From the NCBI RefSeq assembly GCF_963676685.1, contig NC_092349.1, positions 75,970,473 to 76,034,472 of the forward strand: 64,000 nucleotides of DNA, written 5' to 3'. The stretch comes from Mytilus edulis. Lineage: Eukaryota. The notes under the pieces were generated by a model. It did no database searches. It saw only the letters and a program-made list of their open reading frames with translations, and was not told where the DNA came from. Shown in pieces: positions 59,059 through 64,000 of the stretch (the stretch's first letter is position 1; every line of letters starts with the position of its first letter). A program made the translations under genes and the position numbers.

Positions 59059-59744
59059 ATGTAATACTTGCAGTAAAAAATTAAATGACCAGAGGAGTTT
59101 AAAAGACATGTGCAATTATGATTGATTGATTGATGTTTGTTTAACACCACCTTAGCACAAAAAGGCTTCACTGCTGCTATTTGCAGTTATGATGAAAACA
59201 AAAAGAGTACCGGTACTAATAGTTAAAAAAGAATACATTGCTGCATCCTTAAGATAATAAAATTCATAAATTTTTTGTCTGAATATTTTATTAATTATTA
59301 CCTTCTGTAGTATTGTAATAATAACCGTAACATTTTTGAGTGATTTATATTTAATTCTGTGATATGTACAGTACATATGTGATTCTATATTATTTATACA
59401 TTAATACATTTAAATTTGATCTTTTAATAAAATACACAATTATGTGATATGTGATACATTATACATTAATCTTTTAATAAAATACACAAGCAATTGAACA
59501 TTTATCAGTTTCTGATTATGACATTAATGTACTTGCTTAATCTATGATTTTTGAAAATTTGTCCATATTATACAGCTGTTGGCTTTTAAATATTTTTGGC
59601 ATTGAGCGTTCCCAATAAAGGATGCAGATAACAGGAAAGTTTATAAAGGCCACGTCCACTCTGTGTATTATTTACATTTGTATCCATCTGATGAGTAAAG
59701 CCTTTTTCAACAGATTTTTATAGTTCGTTCTTATGTTGTAATGG

Positions 59745-59960
59745 TTACACTGTCCCAGGTTAGGGGAGGTTTGGGATCCCGCTTACATGTTTAACATCGC
59801 CACATTCTGTATGTATGTGCATGTCCCAAGTCAGGAGCCTGTAAATCAGTGGTTGTTGTTTGTTGATATGTTACATATTTGTTTTTCGTTCATTTTTTGT
59901 ACATGAAATAGGCCGTTAGTTTTCTCGTTTGAATTGTTATACATTTGTCATTTTAGATCC
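59745..59960 (+). repeat. Family B interspersed repeat, second copy.
   Basis: ccaggttaggggaggtttgggatcccgcttacatgtttaacatcgccacat...gtcccaagtcaggagcctgtaaat. Confidence 0.7.
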
Positions 59961-59984
59961 TTTTATAGATGACTATGCGGTATG

Positions 59985-60098
59985 GGCTTTGCTCATTGTT
60001 GAAGGCCATATCATGATCCAATGGTTGTTAATTTCTGTGTCATTTGGTCACACTTGTGGAGAGTTGTCACATTCACATTATACCACATCTTCTTTTTA
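59985..60098 (-). repeat. Family A SINE/MITE-like copy (reverse orientation).
   Basis: ...ttgttgaaggccatatcatgatcc...gttgtcacattcacattataccacatcttc. Confidence 0.7.
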
Positions 60099-60099
60099 G

Positions 60100-61195
60100 C
60101 TCACCTGGCCCAAAGGTTGTCCGGCATTGTTAACTTTTACAAAAATCCTGTCTGAAACTACTAGGCCATATTTAACCAAACTTGGCCACAGTCATCATTG
60201 GGGTATCTAGTTTTTAAAAAAATGTGTCCGATAACCCAGCCAATTAACCAAGACGGCCGCCATGGCTAAAAAAAGAGCATAAGGGTAAAATGTAGATTAT
60301 GGCTTATATCTCTGAAACCAAATCACTTAAATCAAATTTGTTAGGTGCAAAATTGTTAATCAGGTCAAGATATATCTGCCCTAACATTACCAGACAAATT
60401 GGACAATCCTTTGTTGGGTGCTGCCCCTGAATTGGTAATTGTAAGGACATTTTGCAGTTTTTGTTATTACAATAACAATTTATTTGGAATATTATTATAG
60501 ATAAAGATAAACTGTAAGCAGCTATAATGTTTGGCAAAGTAAGATCTACAAATAATTCAACATGACCAAAATGGTCACAATCATTTGGTATCTTGTTTAC
60601 AAAATGTGTCCGATGACCCCACCTGCCAACCAATATGGGCGACATGGCTGAAAATAGAATAATGTGGTAAAATGCAGTTTATGGATGATATCTGAAACTA
60701 GAGTAGTCATAGCAAACTTTACAGTTGGTCAAGATCTATCTGTCCTGACATATTTAGACGAATCAGATAAGCTGGTGTTGAGTTGGTGCCATTAATTTTA
60801 AGGAAATTTTGCAGTTTAGGGTTATTATCTTGAATATTATTATAGATGGAGATAAACAGTAAATAGCAATAATCTTAAACAAATTAAGATCTACAAATAA
60901 GCCAAACTACCAAAATGGTCAATTGACCCCATAAGGAGTTATTGCCCTTTAAAGTCAAAATTAACAATTTTTTGAAATTTTTGTAATCTTTTATAAAAGT
61001 CTTCTCCTGAAACAACTGAGACATGTTTAACCAAACTTTACAACAATAAGCATTAGGGTATCTGTCCAATTACCTACCAACATGGCAGACATGGCTAAAA
61101 TAGAATATAGGAGAAACATGCAGTTTTTTGTCATATATCTGAAAATAAAACAAAAGTATAACGGTTGCATTACTTCATGCATCAATTGTAAAAAA
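60100..61195 (+). repeat. Family D composite repeat: about three tandem sub-units of the module set (gtcaagat.tatctg.cctgacat, ttgggtgctgcccctgaattg, gtccgatgacc, catggctaaaatagaa, tatctgaaa).
   Basis: Module order matches 8950-9900. Sub-units start near 60100, 60560 and 60910. The ORF at 60304-60645 is rejected. Confidence 0.7.
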
Positions 61196-61199
61196 AAAA

Positions 61200-64000
61200 A
61201 TATCAGGTTGGCGACACAGGTTCCTTGGAGCCTCTAGTTTATATCTACACAGTTTTCAGTATTAACATTAAACAACTATAACTGTTGTCAATAATCCGAG
61301 AAAGATAGGAAATATAGCTAGATGAAGAGGGTGAACACACATAAAACATAAAACTTATGGGTTTTGACATGATGTAAAATTGTCCAAAAAATTGTTTGGA
61401 CAGCTTAAACATTGAATAATACATTTCACTTGCCTGGATTTTATTCCCCCTTCCTTTAATAAATCCTTGATCTGGTCCAAATTACTTTACCTTACATTTT
61501 AAAACATTTGAAACAGGTGTCCAAACACACGGACAAAAAGTTACTAATGTGGCCGTCTACAGAGATCCATTATATGTTAACTCTGAGGTTTTTAGTTTCT
61601 TACTTTGTTCATGCATGGTGAGCTGTGTTTGACTTTGACGTACTTTACGTTTTATGTACATACCACTTTGTTGTTGGAAATTATTTATAACTGAGTTTAA
61701 GCAGTACTTCAATGATGGCTACGTAAGACAGAGACCGGTACAGAAACTCTCAAAATACGTAAACGATAAATTATTGTTTTATTCAATATGAATTTTGTAT
61801 TTTGTCAAATCATCCCCAAAATTAGATTGAATACAAAAACGTGTAACAAAAATACCAAACTCCAATGCAAAGTTAAGTTGAGTTTGTGAGTCACCAGTTT
61901 ATTTTACAAATTTATCAAAAAAAAAAATCAACTGTCGAGAGTGGATAAATACCGTATCACACGAGATTTGGTGGTGCAATATGTTTCTGTAATGATTTTA
62001 GAAGATATGCAAGCAATATTAATCCTTCTTTTCAACCTTCTTTTCAATTGACCCCATAAGGAGTTATTACCCTTTAAAGGCAAATTTAACAATTTTTTGG
62101 AAATTTTTGTAAACTTTTATAAAAGTCTTCTCCTGAAACAACTGAGACAAGTTTGACCAAATTTGACCACAATAAGCATAAGGGTATTTAGTTTAAAAAT
62201 GTGTCCGATGACCCTGTCTGCCTACCAACATGGCAGAAATGGCTAAAATGTAATTTAGGAGAAACATGCAGTTTTTGTCTTATATATCTGAAACTAAAGC
62301 AAAAGTATAACGGTTGCATTATTTCATGCATCAATTGTAAAAAAAATATATCATGTGGGCGACATATATAGCTAGGTTCAATGGAGCCTCTAGATTATAT
62401 CAACACAATTTTCAGTTTCACATTAAACAACTATAACTGTTGTCAATAATCCGAGAAAGATTTAGGAAATACAGCTAGATGAAGATGGTGAACACACAGA
62501 AAACAATAAACTGATGGGTTTGTCATGATGTAAAATTGTCCAAAAATTTGTTAATCCTGGACAGCTTTAACATTGAATAATACATTTCACTTGCCTTGAT
62601 TTTATTCCCCCTCCTTTTATAAATCCTTGATCTGGTCCAAATTACCATACCTTACATTTTAAAACATTTGAAACAGGTGTCCAAACACACGGACAAAAAG
62701 TTTCTAATGTGGCCGTCTACAGAGATCCATTATATGTTAACTCTGAGGTTTTTAGTTTCTTACTTTGTTCATGCATGGTGAGCCGTGTTTGACTTTGACG
62801 TACTTTACGTTTTATGTACATACCACTTTGTTGTTGGAAATTATTTATAACTGAGTTTAAGCAGTACTTCAATGATGGCTACGTAAGACAGAGACCGGTA
62901 CAGAAACTCTCAAAATACGTAAACGATAAATTATTGTTTTATTCAATATGAATTTTGTATTTTGTCAAATCATCCCCAAAATTAGATTGAATACAAAAAC
63001 GTGTAACAAAAATACCAAACTCCAATGCAAAGTTAAGTTGAGTTTGTGAGTCACCAGTTTATTTTACAAATTTATCAAAAAAAAAAATCAACTGTCGAGA
63101 GTGGATAAATACCGTATCACACGAGATTTGGTGGTGCAATATGTTTCTGTAATGATTTTAGAAGATATGCAAGCAATATTAATCATTCTTTTCAACCTTC
63201 TTTTCAATTGACCCCATAAGGAGTTATTACCCTTTAAAGGCAAATTTAACAATTTTTTGGAAATTTTTGTAAACTTTTATAAAAGTCTTCTCCTGAAACA
63301 ACTGAGACAAGTTTGACCAAATTTGACAACAATAAGCATAAGGGTATTTAGTTTAAAAATGTGTCCGATGACCCTGTCTGCCTACCAACATGGCAGAAAT
63401 GGCTAAAATGTAATTTAGGAGAAACATGCAGTTTTTGTCTTATATATCTGAAACTAAAGCAAAAGTATAACGGTTGCATTATTTCATGCATCAATTGTAT
63501 AAAAAAATATCAGGTTGGCGACACATGTTCCTTGGAGCCTCTAGTTTATATCTACACAATTTTCAGTTTTAACATTAAACAACTATAACTGTTGTCAATA
63601 ATCCGAGAAAGATAGGAAATATAGCTAGATGAAGAGGGTGAACACACAGAAAACAATAAACTGATGGGTTTGTCATGATGTAAAATTGTCCAAAAATTTG
63701 TTAATCCTGGACAGCTTTAACATTGAATAATACATTTCACTTGCCTTGATTTTATTCCCCCTCCTTTTATAAATCCTTGATCTGGTCCAAATTACTATAC
63801 CTTACATTTTAAAACATTTGAAACATTAGGTATCCAAAAATACGGACAAAAAGTTTCTAATGTGGCCGTCTACAGAGATCCATTATATGTTAACTCTGAG
63901 GTTTTTAGTTTCTTACTTTGTACATGCATGGTGAGCCGTGTTTGACTTTGACGTACTTTACGTTTTATGTACATAGTCCACTTTGTTGTTGGGAATTATT
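61200..64000. repeat. Higher-order tandem array: ~1150-bp unit, about 2.4 copies, running off the window end. Each unit embeds a family D module plus ~800 bp of unique sequence.
   Basis: Landmarks repeat with period ~1150: tatcaggttggcgacaca.gttccttggagcctctagtttatatctacaca at 61203, 62351 (diverged) and 63499; ggacaaaaagtt.ctaatgtggccgtctacagagatccattatatg at 61540, 62688 and 63842. The ORF at 63361-63588 is rejected. Confidence 0.85.

Noticed and set aside
60304-60645. A 113-aa minus-strand ORF, and similar ORFs at 63361-63588, 21187-21474, 50049-50375, 18614-18919 and 32082-32438.
   Set aside because: All lie wholly inside recognisable interspersed or tandem repeats (families D, C and the foldback family). 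They are repeated with the repeat and are therefore not host coding sequence.
1-64000. Prokaryotic-style systems (CRISPR arrays, restriction-modification or toxin-antitoxin operons, phage defence islands), rRNA and tRNA genes.
   Set aside because: The sequence is clearly eukaryotic: GT-AG introns, AT-rich introns, SINE/MITE families, animal clathrin. There is no Shine-Dalgarno or operon architecture, no direct-repeat/spacer arrays with CRISPR periodicity, and no tRNA cloverleaf or rRNA-like segments. The tandem arrays have no unique spacers.

Overview
This window is AT-rich, intron-containing eukaryotic DNA packed with interspersed repeats. It looks like a bivalve mollusc (Mytilus-like) nuclear locus, not a prokaryotic one. 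There are no rRNA or tRNA genes, CRISPR arrays, operons or defence islands. All gene calls are by eye from ORFs, splice consensus and protein motifs, and exon boundaries are approximate.

On the plus strand I can support three multi-exon units.

(1) 908-14208: a gene whose exons encode a poly-Asp/Glu stretch, a histone H3 alphaN-helix-like segment and a short exon, then a 1.9-kb exon. That last exon carries RNA polymerase II CTD-like heptads (YxPTSPx) and a long RS (SR-protein) domain built from a 39-bp coding minisatellite.

(2) 17966-26941: seven consecutive exons that clearly encode the N-terminal beta-propeller of clathrin heavy chain. The first coding exon and everything distal to about residue 395 are not found. 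Unrelated genes follow instead.

(3) 42068-52433: a gene or gene pair. Six phase-consistent exons include a 768-nt exon with a ParB/sulfiredoxin-like GGxHxRxA motif. Coiled-coil exons and a C-terminal Tudor-like domain exon pair follow.

On the minus strand there are two adjacent spliced units.

- 30102-35568: a five-exon gene encoding a DDE-type transposase-like protein with motifs IIDGMDQSK, ADNCWRENKN and LPVGHTHEDVD.
- 36602-39439: a two-exon gene, Ser/Asp-rich plus a Cys-cluster domain.

Together these may form an intron-bearing transposon-derived unit.

The rest is a dense repeat landscape:

- At least six interspersed SINE/MITE-like families, several nested.
- Foldback elements, including one perfect ~450-bp palindrome.
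- A 2.6-kb element with terminal inverted repeats (TIRs) built from 20-bp subrepeats.
- Several satellite-like tandem arrays (35-, 61-, ~147- and ~1150-bp units).
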